Origin: an uncultured Gemmatimonadales bacterium
Lineage (GTDB): Bacteria > Gemmatimonadota > Gemmatimonadetes > Longimicrobiales > RSA9
NCBI GenBank assembly: GCA_963816355.1
Contig: CAWFKH010000002.1
Coordinates: 43,454 to 107,453 of the forward strand
Direction of reading: 5' to 3'
DNA length: 64,000 nt
A program made the position numbers and the translations under genes. The notes beneath the pieces are model-generated. The model was not told the origin of the DNA. It searched no databases and saw only the letters and a program-made list of their open reading frames with translations. Of this stretch, positions 37,848 through 47,153 are shown piece by piece (position 1 is the stretch's first letter; every line of letters begins with the position of its first letter).

Positions 37848-40486
37848 TTGTCAAATCCCCACCCCTGCCGCACGTTGATAGCTCATCCGGCACTCCCCGT
37901 CCCTGAACGCGCGATCGAGAGACGCTTGCCTGATCCCGCTGCCCGGCCGCTCCGCCCGCTCCTCGCCGGCGTGCTCTGCGCCCTCGCCGTCGCCGGCCCC
38001 GCCCGCGCCCAGAGCACGGACGCGCCGTCGCGCCCGCCCGCCGTCGCCACGCGCGCCGCCGAGCTGCACGGCCCGGCCCGGCTCGACGGCACCGTACTCG
38101 ACGCCCGCCACGGCGGCGCCGTCGTCGACGCGACGCTCACGCTGCGCGCGCTCGACCCCGCCGCCGCCGCGGCGCCAGCGCGGACCGCCACGACCCGCGC
38201 CGACGGCGCCTACGTCTTCGCGGACCTGCCGCGCGGCGCGTACGAGCTGGCCGTCGAGCGGTTCGGCTACCGCGGCGTCACGCTCGACGTCGCGCTCGAG
38301 CGCGACGCGCCACTCTCCGATCTCGATCACGCTCGAGCCGATCCCGTTCCGGCTCGATGCAATCGACCATGACGGTGGCGAAGCGCGCGGGCCGACGCTG
38401 ACGCCGCCGCGTCGCACGCCGCCGCAGCGACGACGTGGCGGACCGCGCGGCTGCGGTGCGCGTGCGGCAGGACGCCTACCTCACGAGCGACGCCCGGCAG
38501 CTCGGCCACGCCGACCTGCGCGAGGCGAACACGCTGGTGGAGGACGACGTCATGCGCGCGTTCCAGCGCGTGCCGGGCGTCGCCACCCGCGACGACTACG
38601 CCGCGGACCTGTGGACGCGCGGCGCCTCGGCCGGCCAGACGGCGGTTCTCTTCGACGGCGTGCCGCTGGTCGGCGGCGTGCACGCGCTGGGCGTCCTCGG
38701 CGGGCTCGACTCGGACATGCTCGCCACCGCGAGCTTTCAGCCCGGCGTGGCGAGCGCGTCGCTGCAGGGCGCCGGCGCCGGCGTCGTCTCGGTCGAGAGC
38801 CGTTCTCCCGCGCGCGACGGCCGGGCGGGCGGCGTCGCCATTTCGCCGGTCAGCGTCCGCGCCACGGTGGACGGTCGCGTGGGCGACCGCTTCGCCTGGG
38901 CCGCCGGCGCCCGCCGCAGCTACATCGACGCATTCTCCGCCTTCGCCTCCGGCGTGGTCCCGCGGGGCGGCGTTCCGTACGCGTTCGACGACGCCACGGC
39001 CCGCTTCGACCTCGCGCTGACGCCCCACCAGCGCCTGGAGGCGAGCGGCTTCTGGCAGGACGACCGCGTCTTCGGCGACGTGGAGGGCGTGGCGTACGGT
39101 AACGACGGCGGCTGGGGCGCCCGCATCGCGCGCGTCTCGCTCGTATCGTCGCTTGCGGGTGCGACAATGCGCAACACCTTCGCGCTCAGCAACTTCGACG
39201 TGTCGCTCCGCGCCGATCCGCTCACCGCCGGCCACGAGCCGCTCCAGTCGGCCACCGAGAACCACTACGGCACGCTGCTCTGGGAGGCGCGGCTGGAAGG
39301 TGGCGGCACGGGCGCGCTCGCCGGCGCGGCGCCGTGGTCGCTCGGCGCGCGCGCGACGTGGGAGCGCCACGTCTATAACGGCCCCGGCGTCGACCTCGCC
39401 CGCCTCCTTTCGCCGGAAGAGCTCTCGCGCCGCGGCATCTCCGACCTGTCGCAGATCATCCGCGAAATCGAGCGCGCCCATCTGCTCGACTCCGAGCGCG
39501 CCGCCCGCATCGCCCTGTGGGGCGAGCGCCGGGTCGCGCTCTCGGACCGCTTCACCGTGGACGCGGGCCTGCGCCTCGAGAGCGGGGACGCCATCCGCGG
39601 CGCCGATCTCCGCCTCGCGCCGCGCCTCCGCCTGCGCTACCGTGCGGTCGGTTCGCCGCTCTCCCTCTCCGCCGCGTACGGCCGGGCGTATCAGTACCTG
39701 CAGTCCGTCGCCACCACGGACGTGCTGCGAGCCGGGCTGCGCGCGAGCGAGATCCTCGTACAGGCGGACACCGCGACCGCGCCGCTGCGCTCCGACCTCG
39801 TGAGCGTCGGCGCCGAGCTGTGGGGCGGCGCCGACTGGCTCCTCGGCGCCACCGCCTGGTCGCGCGTCTCCGCCGGCATCCTCCTGCCGGATCCCAGCCC
39901 GGGCACCATCGACGGACCGCGGCCGCTCGTCGCCGCCCGCGGCGGCGCGCGCGGCGTCGAGATCTCCGTCCGCAAGCTCGAAGGCCGCACCCGCGCCTTC
40001 GCGAACTATACGCTGTCGGTGTCGCGGGAGAGCACGGGCCGCCGCGCCTTCTACGCGTCAGAAGACCGGCGCCACGTGGCGAATATCGGTATCGTCACGC
40101 GCGTACACCCCGAGTGGCTGCTGGGCGCTACGCTCCGCGCACAGAGCGGCGCTCCGTACACGAGGCTCACACTGGTCCAGCGATCATGCACTCCGTCCTT
40201 CGCCTGCGACGAACCTCCGCCGCTCTTCTACGGCGCGCCCGCCGCCCAGCGTGCGCCCGCCTTCGCGAGCTTCGACCTGATGGGCGAGTGGACGCACGCG
40301 TTCCGCACCTGGTCGCTCTCCGTCTACGGCCAGCTCCGCAACGCGCTCGGCCGGCGCAACGCCGTCACCTACCACGCCTCCTGCATCTGCGCGGCGGAGG
40401 GCGACGCGGGCCAGCTCGGCCTCCACGACACCTTCGACCCCGGCCTGCCCCGCATGCCGGTCGCGGGGCTCCGCGTCCGCTTCTGA
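37848..40486 (+). pseudogene. TonB-dependent receptor with carboxypeptidase-regulatory N-domain, split by frameshifts near 38315-38430
   Basis: ORF 37848..38372 has a signal (..PARAQ) and a CarboxypepD_reg-like domain; ISITLEPIPFRLDAI continues in another frame from 38320; ORF 38435..40486 has plug, barrel and C-terminal F but no signal peptide. Could be a sequencing artefact. Confidence 0.7.
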
Positions 40487-40489
40487 AGC

Positions 40490-40990
40490 ATGACGCTGGA
40501 GGAGCTGTTCGATGCGCACCACACGAGCCTGTTCCGCTTCGTCGCCTGGATGACGAACGACCCGGACTACGCCAAGGACGTCGTGCAGGACACCTTCCTC
40601 TCCATCGCCAGGCGGCCGATCCCGCCCCACGCCTCGGAAAGGGCGTGGCTCTTCCAGGTCGCGCGCGGACTCGCCCGCTCCGGGCTGCGCAAGCGCAGCC
40701 GCCGCGACGCCCTCCTGCGCGCCGCCTCCCACCGCCTCCCCAGCGGCGACGCACCCGCCACACCCGAGGCCGACGCCGAGCGCGCCGAGACCCGCGCCGT
40801 CGTCCGGCGCGCCCTCGCCGCGCTCCCCGAGAAGCAGCGCACGATTCTGCTCATGCGCGAGGAAGGCTTCACCCACCGCGAGATCGCCGAGGCGATCGGA
40901 ACCACCACCGGCTCCGTCGGCACGATGTGGGCCCGCGCCCTCGCCCGCCTCGAAGCCCGTCTCGACGTCGAATGGAGGGAAACGCCATGA
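40490..40990 (+). CDS. ECF RNA polymerase sigma factor
   Basis: AKDVVQDTF; AWLFQVAR; LPEKQRTILLMREEGFTHREIAEAIG..GSVGT. Confidence 0.92.
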   Translation: MTLEELFDAHHTSLFRFVAWMTNDPDYAKDVVQDTFLSIARRPIPPHASERAWLFQVARGLARSGLRKRSRRDALLRAASHRLPSGDAPATPEADAERAETRAVVRRALAALPEKQRTILLMREEGFTHREIAEAIGTTTGSVGTMWARALARLEARLDVEWRETP

Positions 40991-41862
40991 CCCTCCGCCA
41001 CGAGACCGGCGACGCGAACCTCCGCCCCGAGACCGGCGACGCGAACCTCCGCCACGAGCCCGGCGCCACGCTCGGCGACGGCCTCCTCGCGCGGTACCTC
41101 CACGGCGAGCTCGACGGCGACGCCGCCCGCGCCCTCGCCGCGCACCTCTCCGCCTGCGACGCCTGCTGCCAGCTCGCCGCCTCGATCGAGGCGCGCGCCC
41201 GGCGCGTCCGCGAAGCGCTTCAAGACGCCGCCTTCGACGAGCCCCGGCCCGCCGCGTGGGAAGCCGTGCGCGACGCGGTGCGCTCCGCCTCCGCCGCACG
41301 GCGCCGCGCCGCCCGCTTCCGCATCGCCGCCGGCCTCCTCCTGGCAATGACCGCCGCCGCCGCCGCGGCGAGCCCGCCCGTGCGCGCCTGGATCGCCCGG
41401 AGCTGGACCTCGCTCGTGCACCGCGAGACCCCGCCGCCCGCCGTCGCGCCGGTGCCGGCGGCGATCCCGGCCGCGACACCCGCGGGCGCCGCCGCGCTCT
41501 CGTTCCGCGCGTCCGGCCCCGTCGTCGACGTCGTCCTCAACACGACCCAGGCGGGCGGCACGCTCGCGGCACGTTTCACCGCCGGCGAGCAGGTCGTCGT
41601 CTCGGTCGACGACGGCGGCGGCGAGCACGTGACGTGGAGCGGCGACGTCGTCCGCATCGCCAACCTCGCCTCCTCGAACGCATCCTACACGATCACGCTC
41701 CCGGACGGCGTGGACCGGCTGCGCATCCGCGTCGGTGCGCGGCGCCCGATCGAGATGACGCGCGACGCGGTCGGCGCCGACGTCGTCCGCATCGAGATGG
41801 ACAGCGGCGCCCCGGTCGGCACGCGCCGCGTCAGAAACCGCTCGGCTCGCGACGCCCACTGA
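40987..41862 (+). CDS. Membrane-anchored zf-HC2 anti-sigma factor
   Basis: LLARYLHGEL..HLSACDAC; TM IAAGLLLAMTAAAAAA; beta-rich C-terminal domain; ATGA overlap with the sigma gene. Confidence 0.82.
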   Translation: MTLRHETGDANLRPETGDANLRHEPGATLGDGLLARYLHGELDGDAARALAAHLSACDACCQLAASIEARARRVREALQDAAFDEPRPAAWEAVRDAVRSASAARRRAARFRIAAGLLLAMTAAAAAASPPVRAWIARSWTSLVHRETPPPAVAPVPAAIPAATPAGAAALSFRASGPVVDVVLNTTQAGGTLAARFTAGEQVVVSVDDGGGEHVTWSGDVVRIANLASSNASYTITLPDGVDRLRIRVGARRPIEMTRDAVGADVVRIEMDSGAPVGTRRVRNRSARDAH

Positions 41863-41935
41863 GTACGACGGTCGTCGCTACGGCCGTCGCCCGCGGACGC
41901 CCAGCCGAGACCGTGAACGACACGGAGAGATCACC

Positions 41936-42676
41936 ATGAGGACACGCTTCGCCGCCCGCCCGCACCTGCGCTCGGGCGGAGCCATCTTCGTCGCGGCGAT
42001 CGCCGTCGCGGCCCTCTCGAGCCTCGCCGGCTGCAGCGACGCCGTCGCGCCCGCGAGCGGCATCAATCCCGCGCTGCTCGACGCCAGCAACGGCGCCGGC
42101 TTCGCCGGCAGCCTCACGGACGGCCTGCCCCAGGGCGCCGGCACCTTCACCGGCCCCGGCGGCATCCCGATGGACGCCACCGGCTTCGACTTCAGCCAGC
42201 AGCTCACGCTCCTCGACGGGACCGTGCTGCGCAGCTCCGGCGTCGGCGTTACGGCCGTCCCCGACGAGAGCGTCGTCGGAGCCCCGATCGACTACGTCAG
42301 CTTCGGCGCGGTGAACACCGGCAGCTTCGACGCCGTCCAGGTCGGCGCTTACGACGTCGCCTGGCCCACGTTCGACTTCATCCACGAGGTCAGCTTCGGC
42401 TACGCGCTCGCGCGGCCGCCCGGCCAGAAAGTGGCCGACCACGCCGACGCCGGCACCGTCACCATCACGTCGCTCCAGTACTTCAGCGACGAGATACCAT
42501 GCACCCGCAAGCTCACCGGCATCGTCATCGACCGGTGCACCTACCGCATCGGCGTCGTCGCCGGCACCGTCGAATACCGCATGACGCTCGGCGACGGCAC
42601 CGAGATCGTCCAGAACCGGGCAAGCTTCAGCCTGCCCGTTCAGAGGCAGGTGCTGGTCGCGCACCAGGTGGAGTAG
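41936..42676 (+). CDS. Hypothetical lipoprotein
   Basis: GGAG RBS; lipobox SLAGC; beta-rich; high-GC3 coding pattern. Confidence 0.7.
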   Translation: MRTRFAARPHLRSGGAIFVAAIAVAALSSLAGCSDAVAPASGINPALLDASNGAGFAGSLTDGLPQGAGTFTGPGGIPMDATGFDFSQQLTLLDGTVLRSSGVGVTAVPDESVVGAPIDYVSFGAVNTGSFDAVQVGAYDVAWPTFDFIHEVSFGYALARPPGQKVADHADAGTVTITSLQYFSDEIPCTRKLTGIVIDRCTYRIGVVAGTVEYRMTLGDGTEIVQNRASFSLPVQRQVLVAHQVE

Positions 42677-42681
42677 AACGG

Positions 42682-42826
42682 ATTGGACGGCGGGACGGAA
42701 CGGCGCAACGGAACTGCGGGATTGAACGGCGGGACGGAACTGCGGGACGGAACGGCGGGATTCAACTGCGGGCCAATGCGGGATTCAACGGCGGGACTGA
42801 ACGGCAGGTTCAACTGCGGGACTGCG
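42682..42826 (+). repeat. 13-bp tandem repeat array (family R13, G-rich strand on +), about 11 units
   Basis: ATTGGACGGCGGG, ACGGAACTGCGGG, ATTGAACGGCGGG, ATTCAACTGCGGG etc.; reverse complement of CCCGCAGTCCAAT-type units. Confidence 0.9.
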
Positions 42827-42984
42827 GCGTCCGGGGACCGGGGCGGGGGGGCCAACAGTGCGCGCGGGAACCGCGGTCCCGACGAGCCGGCCAGCCACGA
42901 ATCCCGCCGTGCCGCGACGCCGCCGACGACTCCCGGTCTTCCAGCGCTCCAGCCGCCCCCCGAGTCGCAGCACCGGGCCGCCGC

Positions 42985-43047
42985 CCCGCATTTTAAATCC
43001 CGCCGTCGGTCCCGCAGTTAAATCCCGCAGTTAAATCCCGCAGTCCC
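42985..43047 (-). repeat. 13-bp tandem repeat array (family R13), about 5 units
   Basis: CCCGCATTTTAAAT, CCCGCCGTCGGT, CCCGCAGTTAAAT x2, CCCGCAGTCC; abuts the stop at 43048. Confidence 0.88.
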
Positions 43048-44439
43048 CTACATCCCCCCCACCCCCGCCACCACCGCCCCCGCCTCCCCGGCGTCCGGCG
43101 TCGTGATCAGGACAGGCCGTTTCCGGCCGTCCTCCGTGATCCGCAGCACGTTGCGGTCGAGATCGACGTCGACGTCCAGGATCCGCGTGAGCGGCACCGA
43201 CGTCGTCCCCTCCGCGACGACGAGCACGCGCCGGTCCGTCACCAGCAGCGTCCCCTCGGTGCGCACCACGAGCCCGCGCACCGAGTAGCGCCGCCCCGCG
43301 CGCTGGAAGCGGCGCACCACCTTCTCGCGCAGCAGCCGCGCCGGCGCCCGGTAGTGGCACGTCTCCCCCTCCGGCAGCGGCACGCCCGCGTCCACCGTCG
43401 CCAGCTCGCCGCCCCGGATCTCTCGCAGACGACGCAGCCGCTCCAGCACGCCGCGCTCCGGGGCGACGTCGTCGTCCGCCAGCTCCAGCGCGCCGCGCAC
43501 CTCCTCCAGCGCGGATTCCTCCGCCCGCGTCAGATCCCGGTCCGCGACCGCCGCCGCGTACGCGGCGTGGTACGCGTCGCGGCGCGCCGCCGTGCAGAAC
43601 GCCGCGTCGATCGCGAAGCGCTCCTCGAGCTGCCGCAGCAGCGTCGCCTCCCCCTCGCCGATCCGCCCGTCGGCCGCCGCCCGCAGCGCCGCGCGCAGGT
43701 AGAGCGCGCGCAGCTCCGCACCACCGGCGCCCGCCTCGAGCCGCGCGTCGCGCAGCGCGACCTCGATACGCGTCACCGACGCCGGCGCCAGCGGCCGCTC
43801 CTCGACGCACGCCGACTCCAGCAGACGACGCAGCGCGGAGCGCGCCTCGCGACGCCCCCGCGCGCGCAGCACGAGAAGGGTCCACGCCAGCAGCAGCGCG
43901 ACGGCGGCCGCGCCCGCGACGACGCGCACCGCGCCGCTCGTCGCGAGCGCCGCGATCGCGGCGCCGCCCGCGCCGGCGGCGAGCAGCGCGGCCGCGCGCG
44001 GATGCGCGCCTGCCGGCAGCCTCGCGTCCGCCTCGCCGGAGAGCGCGTCGCGGTCGGCCCCGACGTTCGTCTCCACGGCCGGCGGCGGATACGTCGCGCC
44101 GGTGTCGGCGTAGAGCGCGGCGGTCGCGCCGTCGTCGCACGGCACGGAGATGTGGCGTGCGGAGGGGATGCCGCCGAACCCCCCGCCGGCGCCGCCGCCG
44201 CCCGCGGAGGACGAGCCGCCGGAGACGCGCCCGGCGGAGGTCGCGGCCGCGCGACGTCGTACGGCGCCGAGGTCGCGGCGGTAGTAGAGCCCGCCGTGCC
44301 CCGCGTGAACGTATGCGTGCCCCTTCGCCGACACGCCCAGGCGCCCGCCCGGGACGCCGGCCGAAAGGCCGACGCCGCTCCGCGACAGGTTCAGGCGCAG
44401 CGGCCCGAGCCGGAAACTCTTGCGAAGGTAGAATCCCAT
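43048..44439 (-). CDS. DUF4236 N-domain + TM hairpin + TerB-like helical repeats + PH-like C-domain
   Basis: MGFYLRKSFRLGPLRLNLSRSGVGLSAG...GLYYR (DUF4236); two hydrophobic helices; AAADGRIGEGE..LL and AVADRDLTRAEE..L (TerB-like); GTLLVTDRRVL..SVPLTRI (PH-like). Confidence 0.75.
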   Translation of the reverse strand: MGFYLRKSFRLGPLRLNLSRSGVGLSAGVPGGRLGVSAKGHAYVHAGHGGLYYRRDLGAVRRRAAATSAGRVSGGSSSAGGGGAGGGFGGIPSARHISVPCDDGATAALYADTGATYPPPAVETNVGADRDALSGEADARLPAGAHPRAAALLAAGAGGAAIAALATSGAVRVVAGAAAVALLLAWTLLVLRARGRREARSALRRLLESACVEERPLAPASVTRIEVALRDARLEAGAGGAELRALYLRAALRAAADGRIGEGEATLLRQLEERFAIDAAFCTAARRDAYHAAYAAAVADRDLTRAEESALEEVRGALELADDDVAPERGVLERLRRLREIRGGELATVDAGVPLPEGETCHYRAPARLLREKVVRRFQRAGRRYSVRGLVVRTEGTLLVTDRRVLVVAEGTTSVPLTRILDVDVDLDRNVLRITEDGRKRPVLITTPDAGEAGAVVAGVGGM

Positions 44440-44545
44440 GGAGTGATTCGCACCACCGATCGACGTGTGATCGAACTGCCGGAGCGCGTAGCCAATGTAG
44501 TCGTCGGGAGCCCCCCACAGCCAACCGACGAGGGCGAGCCCCCCG

Positions 44546-44869
44546 TCACGACTTCAGCCGGATCACGTATCCCCCGCCATCGAGATCCGGCCCCCATTCC
44601 CCCACCGCGGCGAAGCGCCCGGACTCGAGAAGTCCGCGGACCAGCCCGCGCAGCACCGGCCGCCCGCTCGATCCGTGCCCCTTCCCCGTTATCAGGTGAA
44701 GGAGCCCGCCCGGATGGTGCCGCTGCGCCGCGGCGAGAACGCGCTCGACGGCCACACGGGCCTCGCTGGCCGTGAACCCGTGCAGGTCCAGCGTCTCGTC
44801 GACCGGTCCATCGAGCGGCTCGAACGGGTTGCGATACGGCTCACTCCTGCGCCTGCGGCGAGGGCTCAT
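44546..44869 (-). CDS. Stand-alone Smr-domain nuclease
   Basis: LDLHGFT..EA; LITGKGHGS; GGGYVIRL; ATGA overlap with the Nudix stop. Confidence 0.9.
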   Translation of the reverse strand: MSPRRRRRSEPYRNPFEPLDGPVDETLDLHGFTASEARVAVERVLAAAQRHHPGGLLHLITGKGHGSSGRPVLRGLVRGLLESGRFAAVGEWGPDLDGGGYVIRLKS

Positions 44870-45276
44870 GATCCCCGGGGTTCAACGGCGCTCAGCAGGT
44901 GCCGGGCGAAGGCGCGATCGGCGGGGGCGAGATCCATGTCCGCGAGATCCCGCAGCGCGACCCACCTGACTTCGTCGTGTTCGAACGGCCGTGGATCACC
45001 GACCGCGTCCACCGGAACGAAGCGGATCCCGAAACGGGATCCGGCGTCGCGGCACTCGAACAGGGGAGCGGCCGCGCCGCGCACCTCCAGTCCAAGCTCC
45101 TCTCGAAGCTCCCGCCGCACCGCTCCGATCCACGACTCGCCCCGTTCCAGTTTCCCCCCGGGGAACTCCCACAGGCCGCCGTGCCGCTTGTGAGCCGGCC
45201 TGCGGCAGAGGAGATAGCAGCCGTCGCGGCGGATCACCGCGGCGATCACCGGGACGGTTGCGGGCGAAGTCGCCAT
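44866..45276 (-). CDS. MutT/NudG-like (d)NTP pyrophosphohydrolase (Nudix)
   Basis: VIAAVIRRDG.YLL.RRP..K.HGGLWEFPGGKLERGES...AVRRELREELG (full Nudix box); DLAPAD; TGATG overlap with the HNH stop. Confidence 0.9.
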   Translation of the reverse strand: MATSPATVPVIAAVIRRDGCYLLCRRPAHKRHGGLWEFPGGKLERGESWIGAVRRELREELGLEVRGAAAPLFECRDAGSRFGIRFVPVDAVGDPRPFEHDEVRWVALRDLADMDLAPADRAFARHLLSAVEPRGS

Positions 45277-46181
45277 CAGCCCGCTCTCCGGAACGCCTCG
45301 AAGCGCTCGGCGAGGTAGTCTCGGTTCGGCTGGAGGCGGGCGGAACGGGGGACGGCGATGCGCGCGCGGTCGAGCTCCTGCAGCCCGTGGCGCAGCATCG
45401 GGCCGTCGATCTCCTCGAGCACGTCCTCGCGCACGTGAACGAGGTAATCCGGATCGACGCCGACGATTCCGACGTCGAACGCGCCGTGGTGGATCCGGCA
45501 CAGCGACAGCCCGTTCGGCACCTCCGGCAAGCCGCTGACCTCGCGGTCCGGACGGATGTGGGCCGCATCGAGGAGCTCGGGGTGCCTGAGGCGGCACATG
45601 GCGCAACGCTCGCGGTAGGCCCGCAGCACGAGATAGCGGAAGCGACGCTGGTGCAGCCGCGCCTTCACCTCGCGGGTGACGTACGCTTTCAAAGGCGCGT
45701 GCTCGTCGGGGTCGAGTGTGTCGGCCGTGATCGTGCCGATCGTGTCCGCGATGAGCATGAACGTGAGCCGCTCCGGCACGTCGCCCACGACGTACGTCGG
45801 GAAGACCGGCTGGTACACACCCGGCTGCACGGCGACGAGGTAGAGGATCGGCCGCCGCGTCTCCATCGCCCGTCGCAACGCGACGTTGTCCGGGTGGTTC
45901 GGATCCTGACCACGGTACTTGTAGACGAACCGATCGTCGCCGCTGTCGGCGCGGTCTGCGTACGGACTCTTGAAGGACGTCTGGACCGTGAGGGCGATGC
46001 CGCTGTCGCGGAGGGCTGCGGGTCGGAAGATCCCTTGCTGCTGGTTCCAGATCGGGACGCGTCGGCCCTCGAAGGTGAAACCTTCGTTCAGCTGCACGGA
46101 GGTGACCACGCCCCCCGCTTCGCGCCGGAGGTTGTCGACGTGGGCGAAGAGTGCGAGGCGGAGACGGAGGTCGTGGTCCAA
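45276..46181 (-). CDS. HNH endonuclease with N-terminal SRA/PUA-like domain (candidate type IV, modification-dependent)
   Basis: C-terminal RLHQRRFR..VL.AY..RCAMCRL....LDAAHI.PD...PEVPNGLSLCRIHHGAFD (HNH_2); N-terminal SPYADRADSGDDRFVYKYRG...DNVALRRAM....PILYL resembles SRA. TTG start. Confidence 0.82.
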   Translation of the reverse strand: MDHDLRLRLALFAHVDNLRREAGGVVTSVQLNEGFTFEGRRVPIWNQQQGIFRPAALRDSGIALTVQTSFKSPYADRADSGDDRFVYKYRGQDPNHPDNVALRRAMETRRPILYLVAVQPGVYQPVFPTYVVGDVPERLTFMLIADTIGTITADTLDPDEHAPLKAYVTREVKARLHQRRFRYLVLRAYRERCAMCRLRHPELLDAAHIRPDREVSGLPEVPNGLSLCRIHHGAFDVGIVGVDPDYLVHVREDVLEEIDGPMLRHGLQELDRARIAVPRSARLQPNRDYLAERFEAFRRAG

Positions 46182-46268
46182 TTCAAGCGGCGATGTCGAA
46201 GTCCTCGTCGACTACCGCGAGGCGGCCACCGGGAAGGCGACGAATCACAGCGACCTCGCTGTGCGACC

Positions 46269-46298
46269 CCCGCAGTCCAATCCCGCAGTCCAATCCCC
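46269..46298 (-). repeat. 13-bp repeat (family R13), 2 perfect units
   Basis: CCCGCAGTCCAAT CCCGCAGTCCAAT CCCC directly after the stop of 46299..47153. Confidence 0.85.
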
Positions 46299-47153
46299 TC
46301 ACACCCCCGCCCTCAGCCGCCCACCCCGATAGACCCGGACGCCGTCGCCGGCGAGGAGTAGGAAGGCGGCGTCGCCCCGGCCGTGGGCCCGCATGAGGTC
46401 GAGCATGATCGGCTCCTCGCCGCCCCACGGGTAGCCGAACACGACGTCGAAGTCCTCCAGCGCCATGCCCAGCTCGAGGTAGCCGGACTCGCCGGTGGCA
46501 ACCGTGCCGAGCCGGCGGTCGCCGCCCTGGCCGCCCCACTCGTACCCGGTGGGGAGGAAGCTGCCGGCCACGAAGCGCGCGTCCGAGTCGAACCGGCGTG
46601 CCAGCTCGCGCGCCTGATCGACGAGGCGCGCGTCGATCTCGATGCCGCAGGCCTCGAAGCCGAGCAGGTCCGCCATGATCGTGATGACGCCGGTCGCCGA
46701 GCCCCACTCGAGGAAGCGCAGCCCCGGCGCGCGCAGCGGAAGCAGCGCCTCGAGGACGACGTCGTAGTCCGCGGCGACGAAGGGGTGGAACGCCTGCCGG
46801 CGCACCGCGCGGTCGAAGCGGTCCCACAGCTCGTCGCCTTCGTCGAACAGCTCGCGCAGGCGCCGCTGCAGCGTCGCGTCGAGCCCGGCCGCGACGAGGG
46901 CGGCGGCGAGGGCGCGACCGTGCTGGGCCGGCCGCGGGTTCAGGCGGCCGGGGCGCGCGCCGCGCGTGGCCCGCTCGATCTCTGACTCGTCCTCGTCCGA
47001 CTCCTCGTCCGACTCGTCGTCGCCCCCGTTCGAGCCCGACTCGTCGCCCGACTCCCTGCGCGCGCGCTTCTTTTCCGCCTTCGCGGCGCGCTTCCTCTGC
47101 TTCTCCGCTTCCTTCTGCCGCTTCTGGAACCCGTAGTTCTGTCGCTTGGCCAC
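46299..47153 (-). CDS. Class I SAM-dependent methyltransferase with basic/acidic N-terminal extension
   Basis: FLEWGSATG (motif I), GIEID, VAGSF, FDVVFGYPW; N-terminus MAKRQNYGFQKRQKEAEKQRKRAAKAEKKRARR plus a D/E tract; GGAGG upstream of GTG 47153. Confidence 0.78.
   Translation of the reverse strand: MAKRQNYGFQKRQKEAEKQRKRAAKAEKKRARRESGDESGSNGGDDESDEESDEDESEIERATRGARPGRLNPRPAQHGRALAAALVAAGLDATLQRRLRELFDEGDELWDRFDRAVRRQAFHPFVAADYDVVLEALLPLRAPGLRFLEWGSATGVITIMADLLGFEACGIEIDARLVDQARELARRFDSDARFVAGSFLPTGYEWGGQGGDRRLGTVATGESGYLELGMALEDFDVVFGYPWGGEEPIMLDLMRAHGRGDAAFLLLAGDGVRVYRGGRLRAGV

Noticed and set aside
46299..46900. Cognate DNA methyltransferase of a type II R-M system with the HNH
   Set aside because: No DPPY/NPPY/SPPY or PC catalytic motif and no evident target-recognition domain; kept only as a weak association.
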